Source of the DNA: Armatimonadota bacterium
GTDB lineage: Bacteria > Sysuimicrobiota > Sysuimicrobiia > Sysuimicrobiales > Humicultoraceae
DNA length: 64,000 bases
Assembly (NCBI GenBank): GCA_037443365.1
Contig: JBBIOM010000001.1
Coordinates: 22,442-86,441, forward strand
Direction: 5' to 3'
In this document: piece after piece, positions 9,709 through 19,494 of the stretch
Layout of the letters: each line of letters opens with the position of its first letter
Position numbering within the stretch: position 1 is the first letter of the stretch
The notes under the pieces: model-generated
What the model was told of the DNA's origin: nothing
Database searches by the model: none
Seen by the model: only the letters and a program-made list of their open reading frames with translations
Program-made: the position numbers and the translations under genes

Positions 9709-11433
9709 CTACCCCCCGACTGGACGCTCGGGGCCAACCGGGGCCTCGACGGGACCCGCGTGACCTATCTCGTTGGCTGCGTGCAGCTCGCGCCGAAGCG
9801 CTGCGGCCGGCCACAATCCTTCGGGACGGAGCTGCATCATCAAGACGAGGGCCGCCCCGTACACCAGGAACCGGTACTCGGCGAACTCGCGCAGCAGCTC
9901 GGGCAGCCCAACGAGGAAGAGCGAGCCCACTATGACCCCCGGCATGCTTCCCATGCCCCCGACGATGATGAGCGCCAGCACATTGATCGAGATGAGCAGC
10001 TGGAAGCTGTGCGGAAAGATCGAGCCGACCATTACGGCGAAGATCGCCCCACTCAGACCGCCAAAGGTAGCGCCCAGCGCGAAGGCCAGCAGCTTGACGT
10101 TCACCAGGTTGATCCCCATAGCCTCGGCCACGTCCTCGTCCTCGCGCACAGCCATCCACGCCCGCCCGAGACGCGAGTCGCGCAGCCGCATGGCCACAAA
10201 GATGACCAGGGCACAACTCGCAAGCGTCAGGTAGAAGAGCTGCTCCGGCCCCCGGAACTCGAACCCGCCGATCATCGGCTTGGGAATGGCCAGGATGCCC
10301 TGGGATCCTCCCAGCCACGGCCGCAGGAAGTCGGAGAGCACCAAGATCCGGATGATCTCACCGAATCCCAGGGTGGCAATGGCCAGGTAGTCCCCGCGGA
10401 TGCCGAGCACCGGCACACCCAGCAGCACCCCCGCGATCAGCGAGACGAGCATCACAATGGGCACGGCCGACCAGAACGACATCTGCGCGATGCCGTGCTC
10501 GCCGATCGAGGTCAACAGGCCCACGGTGTAGGCGCCAATGGCGAAGAAGGCAACGTAGCCCAAGTCCAGCAGGCCGGCAAAGCCCACGACTATGTTGAGG
10601 CCCAACCCCAGCAGCGCGAACATCCCGACCAGCACGAACACCTGCGAGAGAAACGGCCCCGCGGCCACGGGCACCAAGAGGAGGACGGCCACGGCCGCGA
10701 GCAGCGAGACCACGCGCAGGGTGCGCTGACGCGAGGCCGGCAGCTGCCCGTGCCACTGGCGCACCGCGCTGCCCCGGCGCATCCATACGGTGCTGACGGC
10801 CCACACCAGCAGGAACACCAGTAGCGCGCCGCGGGCTGAGAGCCCCTCCCCGGAGAAGAACAGCTCGCGGATCGCGGTCTGGATCGCGCCCTCGTGCAGC
10901 ATCGTCTGCAGCAGTTCCTGGAACAGGCCCACCCCCAGTGTCCACGCCAGGGCCGCGACCAGCGGCCTGCGGGCGCTGCCGGGCAGCAGCGCCGCCGCCG
11001 CGCCTACCGCTCCTGCCCCCGCGGCACCCGCAACGATCAACGGAATACCGGACACCCCACGGCCGAATGACAGCAGGGCGAACATGCCGGGTGAGGCGCT
11101 GACGAACATGGCGCGCATGTTCACCGCGCTGCCCAGCGCCACCAGCGCGGCCACGGCCACGCCAACCATCGCCCCGGCCAGCGCGCCGCGCGCCAGAACC
11201 GCCACTGCGGAGCCGCCGGCCTGCCGCAGTGCGCCCTGATACCCGGCCGCAAGAACCGTCAGGACCGGCAGCGCGAGCCCTAGCGTGATCACACCCACGA
11301 TGATCTCGCGCCCCGCGAAAATCTCGACCATGCCCACCAGGGCGACAAAGACAGCCACCCCGCCCCAGATGAGCCCCTTCTGTGTGGCCTCGAGCCAGGG
11401 CCGTCGCTGCCTGCCGGCCAGCGCGCTCCCCAT
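9709..11433 (-). CDS. livM: branched-chain amino acid ABC transporter permease LivM (long form with N-terminal multi-TM extension)
   Basis: C-terminal 300 aa is the canonical LivM permease domain, and the preceding ~250 aa are additional hydrophobic helices. Start set at internal ATG (MGSALAGRQ...) just after the livH stop. The first 350 aa of the 924-aa track ORF are GC-frame junk, not coding. Confidence 0.8.
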   Translation of the reverse strand: MGSALAGRQRRPWLEATQKGLIWGGVAVFVALVGMVEIFAGREIIVGVITLGLALPVLTVLAAGYQGALRQAGGSAVAVLARGALAGAMVGVAVAALVALGSAVNMRAMFVSASPGMFALLSFGRGVSGIPLIVAGAAGAGAVGAAAALLPGSARRPLVAALAWTLGVGLFQELLQTMLHEGAIQTAIRELFFSGEGLSARGALLVFLLVWAVSTVWMRRGSAVRQWHGQLPASRQRTLRVVSLLAAVAVLLLVPVAAGPFLSQVFVLVGMFALLGLGLNIVVGFAGLLDLGYVAFFAIGAYTVGLLTSIGEHGIAQMSFWSAVPIVMLVSLIAGVLLGVPVLGIRGDYLAIATLGFGEIIRILVLSDFLRPWLGGSQGILAIPKPMIGGFEFRGPEQLFYLTLASCALVIFVAMRLRDSRLGRAWMAVREDEDVAEAMGINLVNVKLLAFALGATFGGLSGAIFAVMVGSIFPHSFQLLISINVLALIIVGGMGSMPGVIVGSLFLVGLPELLREFAEYRFLVYGAALVLMMQLRPEGLWPAAALRRELHAANEIGHAGPVEAPVGPERPVGG

Positions 11434-11438
11434 CGCCC

Positions 11439-12521
11439 TCACGCCTTCTTCGCCATGAGGCGCTCGCCCAGGATCCCCGACGGCCGGAAGATCAATACCA
11501 TGACCAGCATGGTGAAGGCGATCACGTCCTTGAGCTGGTAGGGAGCAACGATGCCGAGCCCTTCCAGAAACAGAATCGGGCCTACCGATTCGAAGATGCC
11601 GAGGAACAGGCCCCCCAGCATCGCGCCCGGGATGTTCCCGATGCCGCCCAGCACCGCGGCGGTGAACGCCTTGATGCCCGGAACAAAGCCCATGAAGAAG
11701 TGCACCTGCTTGAAGACAATGGCGTACAGGAACCCGGCCGCGCCCGCCATTGAAGCCCCGACCGCGAAAGCGATCACGATCGAGCGGTCCACGTCTATGC
11801 CCATCAGCGCCGCCGCCTCCTTGTCCTCTGAGACGGCCCGCATCGCGGTCCCGGTCTTGGTGCGCATCACGAAGGCGTAGAGGCCGGCCATCATCAGCAC
11901 CGCCGCCACCAGCACCACTGCCTGGGTCCGCAGGATGTTGACCCCTGCGATGGCCCATGTCCCCTTGAGCACCTGGGTCTCGGGATAGGCCTGGAAGCCG
12001 GAGCCGAAGAAGCCGCGGAACGTGTACTGCAGGAAGAAGGACGCCCCGATAGCCGCGATGAGCGGCACCAGGCGTGGTGATTGCCGCAGGGGCCTGTAGG
12101 CGACGCGCTCGAGCAGTAGCGCGATCAGGGTTGAAGTGGCCATCGCCACGGCCAGGACCGCCAGGAGGCTCACGACAGGGTTGCGGTCGAGGTATCCGGA
12201 TCGTCCGAAGGCCGCCGCTACGAAGTAGGCGGTGTACGCGCCGCTCATGAAGACCTCGCCGTGCGCGAAGTTGATCATCCGCAGGATTCCGTACACCATG
12301 GTGTAGCCCAGGGCGATCAAGGCATAGATGCTCCCTTGGGACATCCCAAACACCAGGAAGTCTATCCAGACCTCGCCCCCGTACCTCCGCGCAGCGACGG
12401 TGCCGATCGTACCCCAGATCACGACGGCCAGGACCACGATCCGAAAGGCCCACAGATAGAGGTCTGTGACCGAGAGTCTCCAAGCCCAGCTACGCTGCAC
12501 GCTAGCCTCCCCGCCTAACAA
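11439..12521 (-). CDS. livH: branched-chain amino acid ABC transporter permease LivH
   Basis: 360 aa polytopic permease of the LivH family (GSIYALIALGYTMVYG); start may be somewhat downstream of the track start. Confidence 0.85.
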   Translation of the reverse strand: MLGGEASVQRSWAWRLSVTDLYLWAFRIVVLAVVIWGTIGTVAARRYGGEVWIDFLVFGMSQGSIYALIALGYTMVYGILRMINFAHGEVFMSGAYTAYFVAAAFGRSGYLDRNPVVSLLAVLAVAMATSTLIALLLERVAYRPLRQSPRLVPLIAAIGASFFLQYTFRGFFGSGFQAYPETQVLKGTWAIAGVNILRTQAVVLVAAVLMMAGLYAFVMRTKTGTAMRAVSEDKEAAALMGIDVDRSIVIAFAVGASMAGAAGFLYAIVFKQVHFFMGFVPGIKAFTAAVLGGIGNIPGAMLGGLFLGIFESVGPILFLEGLGIVAPYQLKDVIAFTMLVMVLIFRPSGILGERLMAKKA

Positions 12522-12592
12522 GGGGGATGAGCCGGTTCTCGTGCGGGCTCATCCCCCGGAATCGCGCGTCGGTTACCGGCGGCTTGTGTAGG

Positions 12593-13849
12593 CTACGGGT
12601 AGACCTTCTTCGGGTTCTTCCCCGGATCCCACTTCGCCGGATCCGCCGACAGGGTCTGGTAGATAGCGATCTTCGGATCCGCGCAGTCGCCGAACCTATC
12701 GCAGGTCAGGGTGCCGGTCAGGCCCTTGAAGTTCTTGGTCGCGAACAGGGCGTCGCGCAACGCCTTTCGCCCGATGTAGGTGTTGCCGGCCGCGTCCTTC
12801 TTGGCCACCTTCGTGATCGCGGCGAAGATCATGTTGGCGGCGTCGTAGGCGTGGGGGTGGAATGGCGCCAGCGGCTTCTCGCCGTACCTCTTCTGGTGCT
12901 TGTCCAGGAACACCTTGTAGGCCGGGCCCAGGGCTTCTGGCGACAGATCGGGGCTGGAATGGTACATCCCCACTGCCGCTTCCCCGGCCGCCTTCATAAA
13001 GTCAGGGGAGAACATCCCGTCGGCACCCATCAGCTTGGCGTTCGCCAGGCCCGAGACCTCCTTGACCTGGCGCGTGATGTGCCCGCCCGCGGCGATGAAA
13101 ATGGGGTAGTAGATCATGTCGGGCCTGCCCGCCGCGATCTTGGTCAGCATGGGGCGCATGTCAGTGTCGGTGGGCGAGATCGCTTCCTGGGCGGTTACGG
13201 TGCCGCCGAGCTTCCTGAAGGTCTCGGTGAACACCCCCGCCAGCCCCTCCGCGTACGGGCTGCCGTCGTGGATCGTCGCGGCCTTCCTGAGCTTGAGGGA
13301 CTTGTAGACGAACTCCGCGGCCACCCGGCCCTGCACCTTGTCGTTGTGGGCGGTGCGCAGGTACCCATCGTAGGTCGGCCCCCGGTCAGGAGCGGTCAGC
13401 TTGGGCGCGGTGTTCGATGGGGAAACGGTCACGATGCCAGCCTTCCAGAGAATGGGAGCCCCTGGCACGGCCTCGCTGGAGCAGTTGGAGCCGACCGCGG
13501 CCACGATCGCCTTGTTGGCGGACAGTTTGGTCGCCGCGGTCACACCGCCCTCCGCGTTGCACCCGGTGTCCTCGCCGATCAACCTGATGGGATGGCCCAG
13601 GAGCTTGCCGCCCTTGTCGGCGATGGCGATCTCGACACCGCGCTTGGTGTCGGTACCCAGGCTGGCGTCCGGGCCGGCGACGACCATCCAGTAGGCGATG
13701 GTGAGAGGCGCACCCTTGGCGATCCTGACTACGCCGACCGGGTCCGTGACCGGACCGACCGTCGCCGCAGGAGCCGCCGGAACGAAGTACTGGCCTCCTG
13801 CCAGCATCAGGGCAAGAACGAGAGCAATCGGAATCCTGCTGCGCTTCAT
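12593..13849 (-). CDS. livK: branched-chain amino acid ABC transporter substrate-binding protein
   Basis: 418 aa with signal peptide (MKRSRIPIALVLALMLAGG) and periplasmic binding protein type I fold, in first position of the liv operon. Confidence 0.85.
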   Translation of the reverse strand: MKRSRIPIALVLALMLAGGQYFVPAAPAATVGPVTDPVGVVRIAKGAPLTIAYWMVVAGPDASLGTDTKRGVEIAIADKGGKLLGHPIRLIGEDTGCNAEGGVTAATKLSANKAIVAAVGSNCSSEAVPGAPILWKAGIVTVSPSNTAPKLTAPDRGPTYDGYLRTAHNDKVQGRVAAEFVYKSLKLRKAATIHDGSPYAEGLAGVFTETFRKLGGTVTAQEAISPTDTDMRPMLTKIAAGRPDMIYYPIFIAAGGHITRQVKEVSGLANAKLMGADGMFSPDFMKAAGEAAVGMYHSSPDLSPEALGPAYKVFLDKHQKRYGEKPLAPFHPHAYDAANMIFAAITKVAKKDAAGNTYIGRKALRDALFATKNFKGLTGTLTCDRFGDCADPKIAIYQTLSADPAKWDPGKNPKKVYP

Positions 13850-13943
13850 CCTCTGTCTCTCCCTCCCTGGACCTGGAATCCTCCGCGCCTGTTCGGGCGG
13901 AAGTATCTGACGGTTCGCCGCCGCCGGGCCGGGTTCCTCCCGG

Positions 13944-14858
13944 CTAGCCCCGGAGCAGGTTGCGCAGTATGAACATGAGGTTGGCCGGGCGTTCGGCCAT
14001 GCGCCGCATCAGGTAAGGGTACCAGTGGGTCCCGAAGGGCACGTAGATCCTCACCCGATGACCCGCCCGGAGGAGCCCCGCCTGTAGATCCCGGCGGATG
14101 CCGTAGATCATCTGGAACTCGTAGCGCTCCCGCGGAATGCCTTCGGCCTCCACCTGAGAGAGGGCGGCCTGGATCAGTCGCTCGTCGTGCGTGGCGATGG
14201 CATGACAGACGGGATCGCGCAGCAACCGCTGCTGGATGCGCAGGAAGCTCGCGTCCACGTCCCTCTTGCGCGGATAGGCGATCGTCGCCGGCTCGGCGTA
14301 CGCGCCCTTGCAGATGCGGATGGGAACACCCGTCTCCAGCAGCCGCCCGACGTCGTCCTCGCTTCGATAGAGATACGCCTGGATCACCGCCCCCAGGCCC
14401 GAATACCCCTCGGCCCGCAGTCGCGTAATGATCTCAAGGGTCCGGTCAACGTAGGGGGAGTGCTCCATGTCAACGCGGACGAACCGTCCGTCCACCCGGG
14501 CCGCGTCGAGCACCCGGCGCAGGTTATCCGCGGTCATGCCGGCGTCGAGATCGAGCCCGAGCTGGGAGAGCTTGACCGAGATGTAGCAGTCCGCCCGACG
14601 ACCGCGCAACCGGACCGCCGCCTCGGCGTAGGCGTCGGCCGCGACCCTGGCGTCGGCCGGCGAAGCGGTCTTCTCCCCCAGCAGGTTCAGGGAGAGGAGA
14701 TACCCCTCCGCCGCCATCCGGTCCACGACCTCCAGCGCTTCGTCAAGGGTCTCACCGGCCACGAACCTCCGTGCGGCGCGGCGGGCCGTCCGTTGCCTCT
14801 GTGCGAATAGGCGCAGGCGGTCGTTCTCGGAGAGCGCAAGCATCACCTGGCGGAGCAT
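13944..14858 (-). CDS. proline dehydrogenase (monofunctional PRODH)
   Basis: 304 aa monofunctional PutA-like proline dehydrogenase family (Pro_dh). Confidence 0.75.
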   Translation of the reverse strand: MLRQVMLALSENDRLRLFAQRQRTARRAARRFVAGETLDEALEVVDRMAAEGYLLSLNLLGEKTASPADARVAADAYAEAAVRLRGRRADCYISVKLSQLGLDLDAGMTADNLRRVLDAARVDGRFVRVDMEHSPYVDRTLEIITRLRAEGYSGLGAVIQAYLYRSEDDVGRLLETGVPIRICKGAYAEPATIAYPRKRDVDASFLRIQQRLLRDPVCHAIATHDERLIQAALSQVEAEGIPRERYEFQMIYGIRRDLQAGLLRAGHRVRIYVPFGTHWYPYLMRRMAERPANLMFILRNLLRG

Positions 14859-14871
14859 CGTCCATCCCCCT

Positions 14872-16143
14872 CTACGGGTAGATACCTCGGATCATCACGG
14901 CGTGCGCCACGCGTTCTATGGCCTTGATCAGGGCTGCGGTCCTGAAGTCCACGCCCCGGCCGCCGGCCACCTGCTCCACGGCCTCGAAACTGCGGACCAT
15001 GATCCTGTCGAGGTTTGCGTTCACCTCCTCCTCGGTCCAGAAGAACTGCTGCAGCCCCTGAACCCACTCGAAATACGAGACGATCACTCCGCCGGCACTC
15101 GCCAGGATGTCGGGAATCACGGGGATCCCGCGCTCCGCCAGCACGGCGTCCCCTCCAGGGGTGGTGGGACCGTTTGCGGCCTCCACGACCAATCGTGCCC
15201 CGATGCGCGCGGCGACCTCCGCGGTGATCTGCCCCTCTACGGCGGCCGGGACCAGCACGTCGCAGGGTAGCTCGAGCAGATCGCGACTGCCGACCGCCTC
15301 CGCCCCAGGAAAGCCCGCCACGGTGCCCGCCTGCCGCTTGTGCTCCGCGAGGCCGGCATGGTCGAGCCCGGCGGGGTTGAACACGCCGCCCTGGGTATCG
15401 CTCACAGCGACTATCCGGCAGCCCTGCCGCGCCAGCAGCGCCGCCACGACCGACCCCACCTTCCCATACCCCTGGATGACAACCCTGGTGCCCTCGATGC
15501 TCATGCCGAGCCGGCGCGCGGCCTCGCGCGCGGCGATGGCTACCGACCGGCCGGGGGCATCGAGCCTGCCGAACGATCCGCCGATCGCGATCGGCTTGCC
15601 GGTCACCACCGCCGGGGTAGAGTAGCCCCGGTGCATGCTGTAGGTGTCCATGATCCAGGCCATGACCTGCGGCGTGGTCCCCAGATCCGGCGCCGGTATG
15701 TCCCTCTCCGGACCCATGAGCAGGGATATCTCGGTGGCGTACCTGCGCGTAAGGTGCTCGAGTTCCAGCGCGGACAGGGTCTTGGGGTTGACCACCACGC
15801 CGCCCTTGGCGCCCCCAAACGGAAGCCCGACCAGGGCGCACTTCCAGGTCATCAGCATCGCCAGCGCCCTCACCTGGTTGAGGGTGACGCCGGGGTCGTA
15901 GCGGATGCCGCCCTTGCTCGGCCCCAAGACCGTGCTGTGGTGCACGCGGTAGCCGGTGAAGATGTGCACCGATCCGTCGTCCATCTTCACCGGGAAGTTC
16001 ACTGCCAGTTCGCGCTTGGGAAACGCCAGGAACTCCCTGACCCCCTTCTTCAAAGGCAAGTGGTCGGCGGCGCGGTCAAACTGTGCCAGCACCGCAGCCC
16101 ATGGGTCTTCCTCCGGAAGCGCCACCGTGCCTTTCGTGTTCAT
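14872..16143 (-). CDS. gdhA: Glu/Leu/Phe/Val dehydrogenase (glutamate dehydrogenase)
   Basis: GDH N-terminal dimerisation motif (KGGIRY, GGAKGG) and NAD(P)-binding GYGKVG. Start at internal ATG (MNTKGT...) preceded by GGAGGAGG RBS. Confidence 0.85.
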   Translation of the reverse strand: MNTKGTVALPEEDPWAAVLAQFDRAADHLPLKKGVREFLAFPKRELAVNFPVKMDDGSVHIFTGYRVHHSTVLGPSKGGIRYDPGVTLNQVRALAMLMTWKCALVGLPFGGAKGGVVVNPKTLSALELEHLTRRYATEISLLMGPERDIPAPDLGTTPQVMAWIMDTYSMHRGYSTPAVVTGKPIAIGGSFGRLDAPGRSVAIAAREAARRLGMSIEGTRVVIQGYGKVGSVVAALLARQGCRIVAVSDTQGGVFNPAGLDHAGLAEHKRQAGTVAGFPGAEAVGSRDLLELPCDVLVPAAVEGQITAEVAARIGARLVVEAANGPTTPGGDAVLAERGIPVIPDILASAGGVIVSYFEWVQGLQQFFWTEEEVNANLDRIMVRSFEAVEQVAGGRGVDFRTAALIKAIERVAHAVMIRGIYP

Positions 16144-16196
16144 GTGCCTCCTCCTATTCTCCGCGCGCAAGGGACAGGCCGGCGGCCCGCCCATCC

Positions 16197-17108
16197 TCAT
16201 CGGGCGAGCACCGAGACAGGCACGAGCACAACACCCGCGCGGTCGAACTCGGGCAGCATCGCGGCAAGCACTCGCGGGGTGACGCGCTGAGCGTGCCCGA
16301 TCGCCACCGCCTCGCCGCGGCGAAGCGCGGTCTCGATCAGGCGGCGGATCTCCTGGCGAATGGCGTCGGGATCGTTCACGTTGTCCAGGAAGATGGTGCG
16401 GGCCGCGCTTCGAACGCCAATCTCGGCGGCCACCGGGCCGGCCACCGAGTGAGGGGTCGTCTTGCTGTCGAGGAAGAAGAGAGCGCGCTCCTGGGCCACC
16501 TCGATGACGGCCCGCATGACGCGCCGGTCAGCCGTTGCGCGCGATCCCATGTGGTTGCTCACGCCGACGGCACCCGGTACCGACGCCAGTCCGGCGCGCA
16601 CCGTTGCCTGGATCTCTGCGTCGTCCATCGCCACCGTCACGCCGCCAGGCCCCAGCGCCCTGGAGCCGTCCGTGGGCTCGAGCGGGAGATGCAGAATGAC
16701 CTCCAGACCCGCGTCCTGGACGCGCTTGGCGATCTCTGCCGAGTGCGCCAGGCCCGGCAGCACGGCCACGGTGACCTGCCGCCCTATCGCCACTATCTCT
16801 TCCACGTCGGCCAGCGACCCGCCTGCATCGTCGAAGACGATCGCCACCCGCGCCACATGGCCGACCGGGGAGACCGTCACAGGCGCGGGACGCGGCCGCG
16901 GACGAGGTTTCGGGGCCTCGGGTTGAGTGCGGACCGCGCGCGGTGGGCTGACCTGGGCGGGCGTCACCGCCCGCCGAGCCGAGGCGAGCCACCATCCCCC
17001 GGCAACACCCAGCAGGACGAAGACCACAACCAGCCAGGCCCTGGGCACGGCGGCCCAGGGGCGCCTGCTTGTCCCCTGCCGCGTTCCCCGCCGCCTGGAT
17101 GGCGCCAT
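16197..17108 (-). CDS. divergent polysaccharide deacetylase family protein (YibQ-like), membrane anchored with Pro/Arg-rich linker
   Basis: N-terminal TM helix, low-complexity PKPRPRPRPAP linker, then the divergent polysaccharide deacetylase fold (VAIVFDDAGGS, LHLPLEP, SNHMGSR). Confidence 0.7.
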   Translation of the reverse strand: MAPSRRRGTRQGTSRRPWAAVPRAWLVVVFVLLGVAGGWWLASARRAVTPAQVSPPRAVRTQPEAPKPRPRPRPAPVTVSPVGHVARVAIVFDDAGGSLADVEEIVAIGRQVTVAVLPGLAHSAEIAKRVQDAGLEVILHLPLEPTDGSRALGPGGVTVAMDDAEIQATVRAGLASVPGAVGVSNHMGSRATADRRVMRAVIEVAQERALFFLDSKTTPHSVAGPVAAEIGVRSAARTIFLDNVNDPDAIRQEIRRLIETALRRGEAVAIGHAQRVTPRVLAAMLPEFDRAGVVLVPVSVLAR

Positions 17109-18326
17109 CTAGCGTCGCTGCGCCACTCGCTGCTTGAGTACTTCGATTCCCCGCTGCAGTTGAATCGCCTGAATGCGCGTCATGTCGCCCTCGGCCTTCC
17201 CCTCGAGGCGGTCCCCGGCCAGCGTGTCAGGCCGTATCCCCTTGCCGTGGATGTCCTGGCCTGCAGGGGTGAGGTACTTGGCGGTTGTGATGGCCGCGGC
17301 CCCGCCTCCGGTCAAGGGGAACAGGCTCTGGATCACGCCCTTGCCGAAGGTGCGCTGGCCCACCAACGCGGCGCCCGCAGAGTCGCGCAGCGCCCCTGCC
17401 AGGATCTCGGACGCGCTGGCCGTGAACTCGTTGACCAGCACCACTACGGGAACCGTCATCTTGGCGCCTGGGCCCGCCAGGTCCGTCTTCCTCCGGCCCG
17501 ACCGGTCAACCACGTGGACGACGGGCCGGCCAGCCGCCACGAACCGCTCCGCGACGTGCGTGGCCGCGGCCAGGAGCCCGCCGCCGTTGCTGCGCAGGTC
17601 GAGGATCAACCCCTGGACCCCTTCCCCTGCCAGCCGGTCGAGCGATGCCCCAACCTCCTTGGACGTCTGTTCGTTGAATGCAAGCACCCTCAGGTAGCCC
17701 AGGCGCAGATCGGCGAGTTCCCGCTGCACGCCCGGGTCAAGGGTTCCAGGCCCCTGCACGCTGACGATCTGCACGCGGGCTCGCGTGATCTCGAAGTCGC
17801 GCACCGACTCGCCGCGGCCGATCCGGAGCTTGACCCTGGTTCCTGCCGGCCCGCGGATCCGCGATACCGCCTCCTGCAGCGCCATTCCTTCTGTGGGCAC
17901 CTCGTTGATGTAGAGAATGCGATCCCCGGCGCGCAGGCCTGCCCGATGGGCAGGTGTGCCCTCGATCGGCTGGACCACGATGAGATGTCGGTCGCGGATG
18001 TCGATGAAGATGCCCACCCCGAAGAAGAACCCTAGCGCATCCTGCGAGAACTCCTTGTAGGCTCGCGCATCCATGTAGCGCGTGTAGGGGTCTCCCAGCG
18101 CCTCGAGCAGACCCCGTGCCGCGCCGTCGAACAGGCGCGAAGCCTCGGGGACCGGGTTCAGGTACTCGCGCCGCACCTGTACCAGGAGCTCGCGTAGGAG
18201 GGCGATTCCCTGGTCGTCGGCCGACCGCGCCAGCACCGCGCGCTGTCCTATCCCGTAGCCGGCGAGGAACACCCCCGCGGTCAGGACCGCCACCAGCAGC
18301 GCGCCGACCAACCTGCGCCGTATCAC
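17109..18326 (-). CDS. ctpA: carboxyl-terminal processing protease (S41A)
   Basis: 405 aa with N-terminal TM, PDZ domain and S41 peptidase core (LDLRSNGGG, FTASASE). Confidence 0.9.
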   Translation of the reverse strand: MIRRRLVGALLVAVLTAGVFLAGYGIGQRAVLARSADDQGIALLRELLVQVRREYLNPVPEASRLFDGAARGLLEALGDPYTRYMDARAYKEFSQDALGFFFGVGIFIDIRDRHLIVVQPIEGTPAHRAGLRAGDRILYINEVPTEGMALQEAVSRIRGPAGTRVKLRIGRGESVRDFEITRARVQIVSVQGPGTLDPGVQRELADLRLGYLRVLAFNEQTSKEVGASLDRLAGEGVQGLILDLRSNGGGLLAAATHVAERFVAAGRPVVHVVDRSGRRKTDLAGPGAKMTVPVVVLVNEFTASASEILAGALRDSAGAALVGQRTFGKGVIQSLFPLTGGGAAAITTAKYLTPAGQDIHGKGIRPDTLAGDRLEGKAEGDMTRIQAIQLQRGIEVLKQRVAQRR

Positions 18327-18354
18327 GACGGCTCACCGTCCTTTCGCACGCTCA

Positions 18355-19494
18355 TCATTCGGGGTTGACAGGCCTGCCGTTCCGCCTGATCTCGTAGTGG
18401 AGGTGGGGCCCGGTGCTGTAACCGGTGCTGCCCACGTATCCGATGATCTGCCTGCGGGAGACGGACTGACCGGTCCTGACACTGATCCTGCCCAGATGCC
18501 CGTACAGCGTGCTCACGCCGTGCCCGTGGTCGAGGATGACCAGCTTGCCGTACCCACCGTACCACCCGGCGAAGAGCACCTTCCCGTCATGCGCCGCCGG
18601 CACCGGTGTGCCCCTGCTCGCGGGGATGTCGACTCCCGTGTGGAAGTGGCGGCGTCCGAAGAGCGGGTGACGGCGGAAGCCGAAGCGCGAGGCCACGGGC
18701 CCGGAAAGCGGCCTGACGAGGGCCGCCATGACGCGTCCCCCGGGCAGTGCGGAGCCGCCCTGAAGACGCTGGATCATCGCCTCCACCGCGGCCGAGTCCT
18801 CCTCGATCTCCCGGACGGCCTGCTCGGCCGCGGCCCGCTCGGTGATTATCGCGCTCAGCATCCGACGCTTAGCGGCGACCTGCTCCGACAGCTGCACTTC
18901 GCGCTCTCGGGTCTGGCGCGCAACCTCCTGCAGCTGCGCCTGCTGCGCCATCAGCTCCTCGCGCAGCGCCGCGGTCCGATCGCGGTCCCGCGAGTAGGCG
19001 CTGATCAGGCGGGCGTCCTCCCGCATTATCGCGCCCACCATGCGCGACCGCGCGACGAACTCCGGAAACGACGTTGCCTGAAGAACGACGTCCAGGTAGC
19101 CAGCGAGCCCAACCCTGTGCAGGTCCACCACGCGGCCGGCCAGCAGCCCCTGGCGCTGCGCCAGCGCGGCCTCGGCCTGGGCCAGCCGAACGGCCGCGGC
19201 CTGGGTGCGGGCACGCACACGCCGCATGTCGGCCGCAAGGCGCCGCAGCTGCTCTTCGGTTGCCTCGCGCTGGCGGTCCAGCCTCTGCACCTCATCGGCC
19301 ATCCGGCGCTCGCGGTGCTTCACCTGCCTCAGACGCTGGCGCTCGAGCTCGAGCTGCCGCTGCAGGCGCGACAGCTCCTCCTGCCTGGATACGAGCGGCG
19401 CGGGCAATGCGGCATCCGCAGCGTGCGGGCCGATGGTAACGGCCGCCAGCAGCACGACCGTGACCACGAGGCGGGCGCAGTCGGCCGCGCTCAT
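18355..19494 (-). CDS. M23 family metallopeptidase with N-terminal coiled coil (EnvC/PcsB-like FtsEX partner)
   Basis: Signal/TM N-terminus, ~230 aa coiled coil rich in E/R/Q/L, and C-terminal LytM/M23 domain (HTGVDI...HLHYEI). Confidence 0.85.
   Translation of the reverse strand: MSAADCARLVVTVVLLAAVTIGPHAADAALPAPLVSRQEELSRLQRQLELERQRLRQVKHRERRMADEVQRLDRQREATEEQLRRLAADMRRVRARTQAAAVRLAQAEAALAQRQGLLAGRVVDLHRVGLAGYLDVVLQATSFPEFVARSRMVGAIMREDARLISAYSRDRDRTAALREELMAQQAQLQEVARQTREREVQLSEQVAAKRRMLSAIITERAAAEQAVREIEEDSAAVEAMIQRLQGGSALPGGRVMAALVRPLSGPVASRFGFRRHPLFGRRHFHTGVDIPASRGTPVPAAHDGKVLFAGWYGGYGKLVILDHGHGVSTLYGHLGRISVRTGQSVSRRQIIGYVGSTGYSTGPHLHYEIRRNGRPVNPE

Noticed and set aside
11434-12483. 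350-aa N-terminal extension of the 924-aa track ORF ahead of livM
   Set aside because: The translation is Arg/Gly/His/Asp-rich nonsense in the frame overlapping livH. The real livM start is the ATG directly after the livH stop.
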